Of a stretch of DNA of 64,000 bases, positions 53,267-61,623 are shown piece after piece; positions within the stretch are counted from its first letter, which is position 1; the number at the start of each line of letters is the position of its first letter. The stretch covers positions 13,784 to 77,783 of the forward strand of contig CADCIO010000004.1 in assembly GCA_902801475.1 (NCBI GenBank), given 5' to 3'. The notes under the pieces were generated by a model, which worked only from the letters and a program-made list of their open reading frames with translations, made no database searches and had not been told where the DNA came from. The position numbers were made by a program, and so were the translations under genes. The DNA is from an uncultured Bacteroidales bacterium. GTDB lineage: Bacteria > Bacteroidota > Bacteroidia > Bacteroidales > Bacteroidaceae.

Positions 53267-54640
53267 TTATTTCGAAAGTATCTCCGTTATCTGAGGTACA
53301 TAGTTCTCTATATCTCCAGCTCCCAACGACATCAGCACATCAAAGTTCTTGCTACGAGCCACATCCAGAATGTCCTCCTTATGAATGAGGTGTTTCTCAA
53401 TGCCTGGACGTAAGTTGTCGTAAATGAGTTTGCTTGTCACACCCTCAATCGGCAATTCACGTGCAGGATAAATGTCGCAGAGATACACGCAATCCAGCAA
53501 AGACAACGCCGATGCAAACTCCTTGTAGAAGTCACGAGTACGGGTGTACAGATGTGGTTGGAAAATTGCGGCGATCTTCTTGTCTTGGTACAACTCGCGA
53601 ACCGACTTCACACTCTGCTCTATTTCGTTTGGATGATGTGCATAATCGCTGAGGAACACCATCTTGTCGTTCTTCACCTTGAAATCGAAGCGACGATCCA
53701 CCCCTCTGAAACTCTTCATGCCCTCACGCAGTTCCTCGTCTGTCACACCATTCAGAATCGCCAATGCCATAGCAGCAATGCCGTTCTCGATATTGATGCT
53801 GACAGGCACACCCAATTGGATATCCTTCACCACCCCATTGGGATGTACGAAGTCAAACACAATCTCACCCCCACCAATGCGGATGTTCTCAGCATGGAAG
53901 TCACCTTCCTCACGAGCGTATTCATACACCTTCACACCCTCTTGCACATCAGCCTTCATCTCCAATCCCTTATGGATAATCAGCGCACCACCTGGCTGAA
54001 TCAGCGTCGTATATTTGCGGAAGCTTTCCAGATAGGCTTCTTTCGTGCCATAGATATCCAAGTGGTCTGGGTCAGTGGCTGTAATCACCGTCATGTAGGG
54101 ACGCAGCCAATGGAAAGAACGGTCGAACTCATCTGCTTCAATCACCACATAATCGCTGTCTGAGAGGATGTAGTTGGTACCGTAGTTCTTTGAGATGCCA
54201 CCCAAGAAAGCATTGCAATCCACTTTGCTCTGATGCAGGAGGTGTGCTGCCATCGTCGAAGTGGTGGTCTTACCATGCGTACCTGCCACACAGAGCCCCT
54301 TGTGCGATTGTGTCAAGAAGCCCAGCACCTGTGCACGTTTCTGAATCTCAAATCCATTCTCACGGAAATAGACCATTTCCTTGTGCTCAGCAGGAATGGC
54401 TGGTGTATAGACCACCAAAGTGCTCTCCTTCTGCTTGAAGCAAGGGTCAATAGCCTCCACATTCTCCTCGTAATGAATCTTCGCACCCTCCTCTATCAAC
54501 CTTTCCGTCAACTCACTTGGTGTCTTGTCATAACCACCCACGTTATAGCCCTTTGTCAGGAAATAACGAACCAGCGCGCTCATGCCAATGCCACCAGCAC
54601 CTACAAAATACACGGATTTCATCTCTGTCGTCTGCATCAC
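53267..54640 (-). CDS. murC: UDP-N-acetylmuramate--L-alanine ligase
   Basis: 457 aa with 'VYFVGAGGIGMSALVRYF' and 'VAGTHGKTTTSTM'. Confidence 0.94.
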   Translation of the reverse strand: MMQTTEMKSVYFVGAGGIGMSALVRYFLTKGYNVGGYDKTPSELTERLIEEGAKIHYEENVEAIDPCFKQKESTLVVYTPAIPAEHKEMVYFRENGFEIQKRAQVLGFLTQSHKGLCVAGTHGKTTTSTMAAHLLHQSKVDCNAFLGGISKNYGTNYILSDSDYVVIEADEFDRSFHWLRPYMTVITATDPDHLDIYGTKEAYLESFRKYTTLIQPGGALIIHKGLEMKADVQEGVKVYEYAREEGDFHAENIRIGGGEIVFDFVHPNGVVKDIQLGVPVSINIENGIAAMALAILNGVTDEELREGMKSFRGVDRRFDFKVKNDKMVFLSDYAHHPNEIEQSVKSVRELYQDKKIAAIFQPHLYTRTRDFYKEFASALSLLDCVYLCDIYPARELPIEGVTSKLIYDNLRPGIEKHLIHKEDILDVARSKNFDVLMSLGAGDIENYVPQITEILSK

Positions 54641-55773
54641 TTTTGTCTGTTTTTATATTCAATGGCCAGCTTATACACTTCTTCGGCTATCACATCTGCC
54701 GAATTGTGTAGAGCCAGCATCTTTACATTCTCACTTAACGATTTCAGTTTCTCGTCATCCACCACGGTTTTGAGCGCGATGTCGATCAACTGATTTTTTG
54801 CGTCCTTGTCTCGCACCAGGATGGCAGCACCTCTGCTCGACAACGCCTGTGCATTCTTCGTCTGGTGGTCTTCTGCCACATTGGGCGAAGGTACCAAGAT
54901 ACAGGGCTTGCCCAAGAGACAAAGTTCGGAGATGGAACTTGCTCCTGCACGGCTCACCACGATGTCAGCCGCTGCATACGCATTGTCCATGCTGCTGATG
55001 AAGTCCATCACCTTCAGATTCTCCACCGGTTCCACCTTGCCCATCTCCTCTGCGATATGTGCACTGTAGTATTTGCCCGTCTGCCAGATGAACTGCACGT
55101 CGCTCTTCCGGATGTCCTCCAAATGGGCAAGGACACTCTCATTCACTGTCCTCGCACCCAAGCTTCCACCCACAATCAGCACAGTCTTCTTATCCGGATC
55201 CAAGCCGAAGCTCTTTCGGGCCTCTTCCTTCGAGATGTTGCACTCCAACAGATTCTGGCGCACAGGATTGCCCGTCATGATAATCTTCTCAGCAGGGAAG
55301 AAACGGTTCATGCCGCTATAGGCCACACAAACTTTCTTCGCTTTCTTCGCCAACGACTTGTTGGTCACGCCTGCATACGAGTTCTGTTCCTGAATCAAGC
55401 AAGGGATGCCCAACGAATATGCGGCGTTCAACGTGGGAGCTGAGGCGTAACCGCCTACACCCACCGCCACCTGCGGTTGGAAGTCGCGGATGATCTGCTT
55501 CACCATCTTCTTGCTCTTCATGAAATCCATCATCACACCCACATTCTTGGGACTCCACAATGGGCGCACAAGACCTCTGACCGGAAGACCCTCAATCTTA
55601 TATCCAGCAGCAGGTACACGCTGCATCTCCATACGTCCAAGAGCACCCACAAAGAGGATTTCCGCTTCTGGATGTTGCTTTTTGATGGCATTGGCAATCG
55701 ACACCGCTGGAAAGATGTGGCCACCTGTTCCACCACCACTGATAATCACACGCAAAGGTCTGTTCTGTTCCAT
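54637..55773 (-). CDS. murG: undecaprenyldiphospho-muramoylpentapeptide beta-N-acetylglucosaminyltransferase
   Basis: 378 aa beginning 'ISGGGTGGHIFPAVSIANA'. It overlaps murC by 4 nt. Confidence 0.94.
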   Translation of the reverse strand: MEQNRPLRVIISGGGTGGHIFPAVSIANAIKKQHPEAEILFVGALGRMEMQRVPAAGYKIEGLPVRGLVRPLWSPKNVGVMMDFMKSKKMVKQIIRDFQPQVAVGVGGYASAPTLNAAYSLGIPCLIQEQNSYAGVTNKSLAKKAKKVCVAYSGMNRFFPAEKIIMTGNPVRQNLLECNISKEEARKSFGLDPDKKTVLIVGGSLGARTVNESVLAHLEDIRKSDVQFIWQTGKYYSAHIAEEMGKVEPVENLKVMDFISSMDNAYAAADIVVSRAGASSISELCLLGKPCILVPSPNVAEDHQTKNAQALSSRGAAILVRDKDAKNQLIDIALKTVVDDEKLKSLSENVKMLALHNSADVIAEEVYKLAIEYKNRQK

Positions 55774-55811
55774 TTTCAGCTACTCAAATTCAGGATGTAT
55801 TATATATGTGG

Positions 55812-55819
55812 CAAAGATA
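55812..55819 (-). promoter_or_regulatory. internal dcw -7 box TATCTTTG upstream of murG
   Basis: TAnnTTTG on the minus strand, in the 131-nt ftsW-murG spacer. Confidence 0.4.
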
Positions 55820-55904
55820 CAAATAATTGATGGATGGGCAAGCATAAATGCCCATAATTTATCAAAATATCGTGCTTTTTTTTCGTGCAAATGTCCTTTT
55901 GACT

Positions 55905-57239
55905 TTAAGACATTCCTCCGTCAGTGTAATACTCGCTGGTCTCCCCATCTGCCACCGCTTCCACCAAGGGTGTTTTCATCTCCTTTTTTTCGGCATAACG
56001 GCTCACACTCAGGATGACGCCGATATAGAAACTCGTGATGAGGATGGATGTTCCTCCCTTACTGATCAGCGGCAAAGTCTGACCCGTCACAGGCACCAAA
56101 CCGACCGCCACGCTCATATTGACAAACGCCTGCAACACCATCATGATGCCGAAGCCCAGCACCAGATAAGCAGGGAAGAAACTCGTGCACTTCTGGGCGA
56201 TACGTCCGACGCGAATGAGCAACGCCAAATAGAGGAAGGCCACGAAGAAAGCACCTCCTATGCCCAATTCCTCCACGATGATGGCGTAGATGAAGTCAGA
56301 TTCTGCATGCTGCAGGAAATCGCGCTGAATGGAATTGCCCGGTCCCAACCCGATCACGTCCGAGTTGGCGATGGCAATGGAGGCATAGGTGGTCTGCGAA
56401 TTCTCGTCATTCAGCAGAATCTCCGTCTTACTCTTGCTCGCCTTCTTCACATCGTTGTCTTCGCCCAAATCGAACTTGCGCATCACACGGTGCTTCACCG
56501 TCACCAGACGCTTGGTCATCGAGGTCTCATTGAGCACCTTCTCAGGAGTCACCATCGCCACCATACCGACAATGGCACCCATGAGGACCAGCACCATGAT
56601 GCCCTTGAACATCAGGTCACGAGGTACATGACCAATGAACATCATCACCAGCACCACGAAGAAGAGCATCAGACCCGTTGACATGTTGTCCATCATGATG
56701 AGTCCGCAAACCAGCAGCGACGCGCCACCCACGATGGCAAAGGCCAGATAGCGCTTTCCCTTGATGGCGCCCACCACCTTCCGTTTCCGGCCTCGCACCC
56801 ACTCCTCCTTTTCCGTCTGCGTCTTGGCCAACACCATCGCAGCCGTCATCAGGAGGGCGGCTTTCGCCAATTCCGAAGGCTGGAAACGGATGCCCAAGAA
56901 TTCCACCCATCGGTTCGTCTCATTCACCGTGCTGCCGCCACCAAACACAGCCGTGTAGAACAGCAGCAGGATGACGACCGGCAACAGCACAAACGGGAAA
57001 AGCATGAACCACTTGCAAGGGATGCGATGCACCAAAAGGATGATGATCAGACCAAACACGAGGAATCCAGCCTGGCTCACCATCGGTGCCCAGTGATGTC
57101 CTCCTTCGAACGTCAGACGGCTCGAAGCGCTATATACCTCCACCAGCGAAATCATGCACAGGAAGAAGTAAATCATCCACACACCCTTGTCACCCTTGAA
57201 GAGGCTGCCTCCGAAGAGGGCATTCACAAACTTTCCCAT
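55905..57239 (-). CDS. ftsW: SEDS-family peptidoglycan polymerase FtsW
   Basis: 444 aa, multi-TM, with 'FQPSELAK' and 'ESDFIYAIIVEELG...GQTLPLISKGGTS', in the dcw context. Confidence 0.9.
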   Translation of the reverse strand: MGKFVNALFGGSLFKGDKGVWMIYFFLCMISLVEVYSASSRLTFEGGHHWAPMVSQAGFLVFGLIIILLVHRIPCKWFMLFPFVLLPVVILLLFYTAVFGGGSTVNETNRWVEFLGIRFQPSELAKAALLMTAAMVLAKTQTEKEEWVRGRKRKVVGAIKGKRYLAFAIVGGASLLVCGLIMMDNMSTGLMLFFVVLVMMFIGHVPRDLMFKGIMVLVLMGAIVGMVAMVTPEKVLNETSMTKRLVTVKHRVMRKFDLGEDNDVKKASKSKTEILLNDENSQTTYASIAIANSDVIGLGPGNSIQRDFLQHAESDFIYAIIVEELGIGGAFFVAFLYLALLIRVGRIAQKCTSFFPAYLVLGFGIMMVLQAFVNMSVAVGLVPVTGQTLPLISKGGTSILITSFYIGVILSVSRYAEKKEMKTPLVEAVADGETSEYYTDGGMS

Positions 57240-57270
57240 ATCATCGTTCTTTATATTTTGTTCTTATCTT

Positions 57271-57393
57271 AAAATGACGTCGTTTGGACTCTTGTAATGA
57301 TTACGAGCCTTTAAAACGGGGTCGTTTTGACCTTCGTAACGATTACGAACCTTTAAAACGAGGTCGTTTGGGCCTTTGTAACGACTACATTAC
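57271..57393. repeat. three tandem ~42-bp units with internal dyads in the murD|ftsW spacer
   Basis: The units are 57271-57312, 57313-57354 and 57355-57393, with consensus AAAACGNGGTCGTTT..C.T.GTAACGATTACGA.CCTTT. Each contains AAACGA-NN-TCGTTT-like and CGTAA-N3-TTACG-like dyads. The last unit overlaps the murD stop. Confidence 0.85.
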
Positions 57394-58721
57394 AGATTCT
57401 TCACACATTCCTTGAACTGCTCACCACGATCTTCCATATTCTTGAAGAGGTCGAAGCTTGCGCAGCAGGGACTCAACAGCACCGTGCTCCCTGGTTTTGC
57501 CATCTTGAAGCATTCATCCACACAATCCTTCATGCTCTTCACGTCTGCAATAGGTATGCCGAAGCCATCGAAGGCCGCATGGAGTTTTGAGTTGTCAACA
57601 CCCAGGAAAACCAGGCCGATGCACTTCTCCTTCACCAGATCAAAGATCTCCGAATAGTCGTTGCCCTTGTCCTTACCGCCCAAGATGAGCACAACGGGGG
57701 TGCGCATGCTGTCCAACGCATACCAGCAAGCATTCACGTTGGTGGCTTTCGAGTCGTTGATGAACTCCACACCACGCACTCTGCCCGCTTTCTCCAAACG
57801 ATGCTCCACCCCTTCGAAGGTTTTCAGACCCTCACGAATCTGCTCGTTGCTCACTCCTGCCAAATCGGCCGTGATGCCTGCTGCCAGCGAGTTGTAGAGG
57901 TTGTGCTTGCCGCGCAATGCCAACTCCTCCTGTTCCATATTGAATGGCGTGGGCCCTTCAATCACGTATTCATCCTTATCCACATAGCCAATCACGCTGT
58001 TGCTCTTGAACTCGCTGAACGGACAGAGCTTTGCCTTGATGTTGTATTTCTTCAGTTCAGCCGTCACAATCGGGTCATCGTTCCAGAAGACGAAGGCATC
58101 GTCTGGGGTCTGGTTCTGGATGATGCGCATCTTCGAATCCACATAGTTCTGCATCTTGAAGTCGTAGCGGTCGAGGTGGTCGGGCGTGATGTTCATCAAC
58201 ACGGCAATGTCGGCCTTGAAGTCATACATGTTGTCCAACTGGAAACTGCTCAGCTCGATCACGTAGTAATCATGCTGCTCCTCTGCCACCTGCAGCGCCA
58301 GACTGTTGCCGATATTACCAGCCAAACCCACATTGTAACCCGCATTCTTCAGGATGTGATAGATGAGCGACGTGGTGGTGGTCTTACCGTTCGAACCCGT
58401 GATGCAAATCATCTTTGCGTGGGTGTATCTGCCTGCAAACTCAATCTCCGAAATGATGGGGATGTGCTTCTCCTTAATCTTCAGAATCATCGGCGCATTC
58501 TCGGGAATGCCTGGGCTCTTGATGACCTCGTCGGCATTGAGGATCAGTTCCTCCGTATGATGTCCCTCTTCCCAAACAATCTCGTGACTGTTCAGAAGTT
58601 CCTTATACTTATCCTTGATGGCAGACATGTCGCTGACGAACACATCAAAGCCTTCTTTCTTGGCCAACACAGCGGCTCCAGCACCACTTTCGGCTGCACC
58701 CAAAACTACAATTCTTTTCAT
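57390..58721 (-). CDS. murD: UDP-N-acetylmuramoylalanine--D-glutamate ligase
   Basis: 443 aa with 'ICITGSNGKTTTTSLIYH', in the dcw position. Confidence 0.93.
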   Translation of the reverse strand: MKRIVVLGAAESGAGAAVLAKKEGFDVFVSDMSAIKDKYKELLNSHEIVWEEGHHTEELILNADEVIKSPGIPENAPMILKIKEKHIPIISEIEFAGRYTHAKMICITGSNGKTTTTSLIYHILKNAGYNVGLAGNIGNSLALQVAEEQHDYYVIELSSFQLDNMYDFKADIAVLMNITPDHLDRYDFKMQNYVDSKMRIIQNQTPDDAFVFWNDDPIVTAELKKYNIKAKLCPFSEFKSNSVIGYVDKDEYVIEGPTPFNMEQEELALRGKHNLYNSLAAGITADLAGVSNEQIREGLKTFEGVEHRLEKAGRVRGVEFINDSKATNVNACWYALDSMRTPVVLILGGKDKGNDYSEIFDLVKEKCIGLVFLGVDNSKLHAAFDGFGIPIADVKSMKDCVDECFKMAKPGSTVLLSPCCASFDLFKNMEDRGEQFKECVKNL

Positions 58722-58765
58722 CTTGTTCTATGTTTTATATCGACTACGCCCCATGCGTGGGCTGA

Positions 58766-60025
58766 TTATCTAATCTTCAATGTGATGATGGTGATGGCGG
58801 CAAGCAGGATGGTGACAATCCAGAATCTTGTCGTAATCATGGATTCAAACAGCAATCCGTGTGGACGCTTGATGAGGTACTTCACCCCGTCTTCCATTCT
58901 GTGACGGTAATGATCATGGAAGGGCGCACGCTTGAACACTCTCCACTTCTCGCCTCTCGCATTTCCCTTCTTGGCATACGACAGCTGCAAGATGACCGAA
59001 AGGCTCTCCATCAGGAAGATGCCACACAGGATGGGCAACAGCAATTCCTTATGGATGATGATGGCAGTGACAGCAATCACACCACCAATGGCAAGGCTGC
59101 CGGTGTCACCCATGAAGACCTTCGCTGGATAGGCATTGTACCACAAGAAACCGACCAACGCTCCCACAAAGGCACAAAGGAATACCAACACCTCTTCTGT
59201 ACCTGGAATATACATGACATTCAGGTAACTGGCAAACTGCACATGACCACTCACGTAGGCCAAAATGCCCAACGTCACACCAATGATGGCTGAGTTTCCA
59301 GCACACATTCCGTCCATACCGTCATTCAGGTTCGCACCATTGCTGACAGCAGCAATCACGAAGGTGGTGACCAGCACGAAGAGGATCCAGCCACACGCAC
59401 GCTTGGTCTTACCGTCATGAATGAAACCAAAAACTTCGTAGTAGTCGATGTTATTGCTCTTCACGAAAGGCACAGTCGTCACCGTACTCTTTCTCGACTC
59501 ACTCATATGATAGACCTCGACCTTCTCACCAATCTCACGTTCCACATTCTCGCGCACCACAGCGTCGGGACTCAACCACAAAGTCAAACCGACCGCGATG
59601 CCAAACGCAAACTGCGCCAACAATTTCAGTTTGGGAGGCATACCATCCTTGTTGCCACCCAACTTGATCTTATCGTCAATGAAGCCAATGATGCCGAAGA
59701 ATGCGATGGTGGCAATCAGCAGCACCATATACACATTGCTCAATTTACCAAAGAACAAAGCAGGCACCAGCACGGCCAGCAGGATGACCACACCACCCAT
59801 CGAAGGCACGCCTTTCTTCTGCACTCCATACGGGTCGATGGATGCGTCGCGCGCCTCCTCTATATGCTTCTTCTTACGCATATACTTGATGAAATACTCA
59901 CCTGCCACCATCGAAATGATCAACGAGAGAATCAAGGATGACAAACCTCTGAAAGACACATAACAGAACATTCCCGCGCCAGGAATGTCAAGTCCATCTA
60001 AATATTTGAATAAGTCGTATAACAT
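58766..60025 (-). CDS. mraY: phospho-N-acetylmuramoyl-pentapeptide transferase
   Basis: 419 aa, multi-TM, with 'GANLNDGMDGMCAG', 'FMGDTGSLAIGG' and 'PFHDHY'. Confidence 0.94.
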   Translation of the reverse strand: MLYDLFKYLDGLDIPGAGMFCYVSFRGLSSLILSLIISMVAGEYFIKYMRKKKHIEEARDASIDPYGVQKKGVPSMGGVVILLAVLVPALFFGKLSNVYMVLLIATIAFFGIIGFIDDKIKLGGNKDGMPPKLKLLAQFAFGIAVGLTLWLSPDAVVRENVEREIGEKVEVYHMSESRKSTVTTVPFVKSNNIDYYEVFGFIHDGKTKRACGWILFVLVTTFVIAAVSNGANLNDGMDGMCAGNSAIIGVTLGILAYVSGHVQFASYLNVMYIPGTEEVLVFLCAFVGALVGFLWYNAYPAKVFMGDTGSLAIGGVIAVTAIIIHKELLLPILCGIFLMESLSVILQLSYAKKGNARGEKWRVFKRAPFHDHYRHRMEDGVKYLIKRPHGLLFESMITTRFWIVTILLAAITIITLKIR

Positions 60026-60045
60026 ATATTGTATTGGTCAAATTT

Positions 60046-60129
60046 TCTCTTACCTCTTACCTCTAACTTCTAACTTCTTACCTCTAACTTCTTACCTCTT
60101 ACTTCTCACCTCTTCCTTCTTACCTCTCC
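60046..60129. repeat. twelve consecutive heptamers CYTCTYA in the murE|mraY spacer
   Basis: TCTCTTA-CCTCTTA-CCTCTAA-CTTCTAA-CTTCTTA-CCTCTAA-CTTCTTA-CCTCTTA-CTTCTCA-CCTCTTC-CTTCTTA-CCTCTCC. On the mRNA (minus) strand these read as GGTAAGA/GTTAGAG-type purine words. Confidence 0.9.
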
Positions 60130-60130
60130 A

Positions 60131-61582
60131 TCAAGCAAAGCACGCTCTCACTTCCTCCTTGTCATCAAAATGGTGCTTCACACCCTTCACGTCCTGATAG
60201 TCCTCGTGTCCCTTTCCAGCGATGAGGATGACATCCCCACTCTTCGCCATCATGCAGGCAGTCTTGATGGCCTGACGACGATCTACGATGGCGATGACTT
60301 TCTTCATCTGCTCTTCGTCCAATCCTGCCAACATGTCGTTGATGATGTCCTGAGGTTCCTCAAATCGGGGGTTATCGCTGGTGATGATGACGCGATCACT
60401 CTGCTTCACTGCCTCACGTGCCATCAACGGACGCTTACCTTTGTCGCGATTGCCACCAGCGCCACAAACGGTGATGACCTCTCCCTTTCCTTCCAACACA
60501 CCATGAATGGCATTCAGCACATTCTCCAACGCATCGGGCGTGTGAGCATAATCAACGATGGCCGTATATCCTGATGGAGAGCGCAACGCCTCAAATCGTC
60601 CATTCACAGGCTTCATCGCACTCAAAGCCACCAGCACCTCCTGCTCGTCCTTGCCCAACATCACAGCAGCACCATACACAGCCAAAAGATTGCTCACATT
60701 GAACTTTCCAATGAACTGCACACCCACTTCCTTTCCGTTGATATTGAGGTACATGCCCTCGAAGTGGCACTCGATGATCTTTGCCTTGAAGTCGGCTGGA
60801 CTCTGCACTGAATAGGTCTTCACCTGCGCCTTCGTGTTCTGCACCATCACCATTCCGTTCTTGTCATCGACGTTCGTGATGGCAAACGCCTCTTTAGGCA
60901 GATTGTCGAAGAAAAGTTTCTTGGCCTTGATATAGTTCTCGAAGGTCTTGTGATAGTCGAGGTGGTCACGTGTGATATTCGTGAACATGCCCCCAGCAAA
61001 GGTCAAGCCGCCAATGCGGTTCTGCACAATGCTGTGACTGCTCACCTCCATGAAGGCATACTCGCATCCTTCCTCCACCATACGAGCCAGAAGCGCATTC
61101 AGCGTGATGGGATCAGGAGTCGTATGTTCTGTGGGTATCGCCTCACCATCGATGTAGTTGCACACCGTCGAGAGCAATCCCACTTTATGTCCCATGTAGC
61201 GGAACATCTCGTACAGCACAGTGGCAATGGTCGTCTTACCGTTCGTACCCGTCACACCCACCAGTTTCATCTTGCTCGTCGGGTCACCATAGAAGGTGGT
61301 TGCCACCTGTCCCACCACCTGTTCCGTGTTCTCCACACGAACATAAGTGACGTTCTCGGCCACATCCTCTGGAATCATCTCGCAAAGTACGGCAGCCGCT
61401 CCTTTCTCCAAAGCTTTGCCAATATAGTTATGACCATCGGCCACAGTACCCCTCACAGCGATGAAGAGATGTCCTTCTGCCACCTGACGGGAGTCTATCT
61501 GCACGCCACAAATGTCACGCTCCAAATCGCCCTTGACCTCAAGGACATTGAGCTTGCTTACGAGATTCTTCAGTTTCATCAT
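60131..61582 (-). CDS. murE: UDP-N-acetylmuramoyl-L-alanyl-D-glutamate--2,6-diaminopimelate ligase
   Basis: 483 aa with '[17 protein letters not shown]' and 'DNPRFEEP'. Confidence 0.93.
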   Translation of the reverse strand: MMKLKNLVSKLNVLEVKGDLERDICGVQIDSRQVAEGHLFIAVRGTVADGHNYIGKALEKGAAAVLCEMIPEDVAENVTYVRVENTEQVVGQVATTFYGDPTSKMKLVGVTGTNGKTTIATVLYEMFRYMGHKVGLLSTVCNYIDGEAIPTEHTTPDPITLNALLARMVEEGCEYAFMEVSSHSIVQNRIGGLTFAGGMFTNITRDHLDYHKTFENYIKAKKLFFDNLPKEAFAITNVDDKNGMVMVQNTKAQVKTYSVQSPADFKAKIIECHFEGMYLNINGKEVGVQFIGKFNVSNLLAVYGAAVMLGKDEQEVLVALSAMKPVNGRFEALRSPSGYTAIVDYAHTPDALENVLNAIHGVLEGKGEVITVCGAGGNRDKGKRPLMAREAVKQSDRVIITSDNPRFEEPQDIINDMLAGLDEEQMKKVIAIVDRRQAIKTACMMAKSGDVILIAGKGHEDYQDVKGVKHHFDDKEEVRACFA

Positions 61583-61585
61583 TAT

Positions 61586-61623
61586 TAATTTTCAATTTTC
61601 AATTCTCAATTTTCAATTTTCAA
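61586..61623. repeat. heptamer array TAATTTT-CAATTTT-CAATTCT-CAATTTT-CAATTTT-CAA filling the ftsI|murE spacer
   Basis: Read directly. On the mRNA strand it reads TTGAAAA/TTGAGAA, with a TGA in every unit. Confidence 0.9.

Noticed and set aside
60046-60129. Short-period arrays considered as possible CRISPR arrays.
   Set aside because: The units are 7-9 nt and contiguous, with no unique spacers, and no cas genes are in the window.
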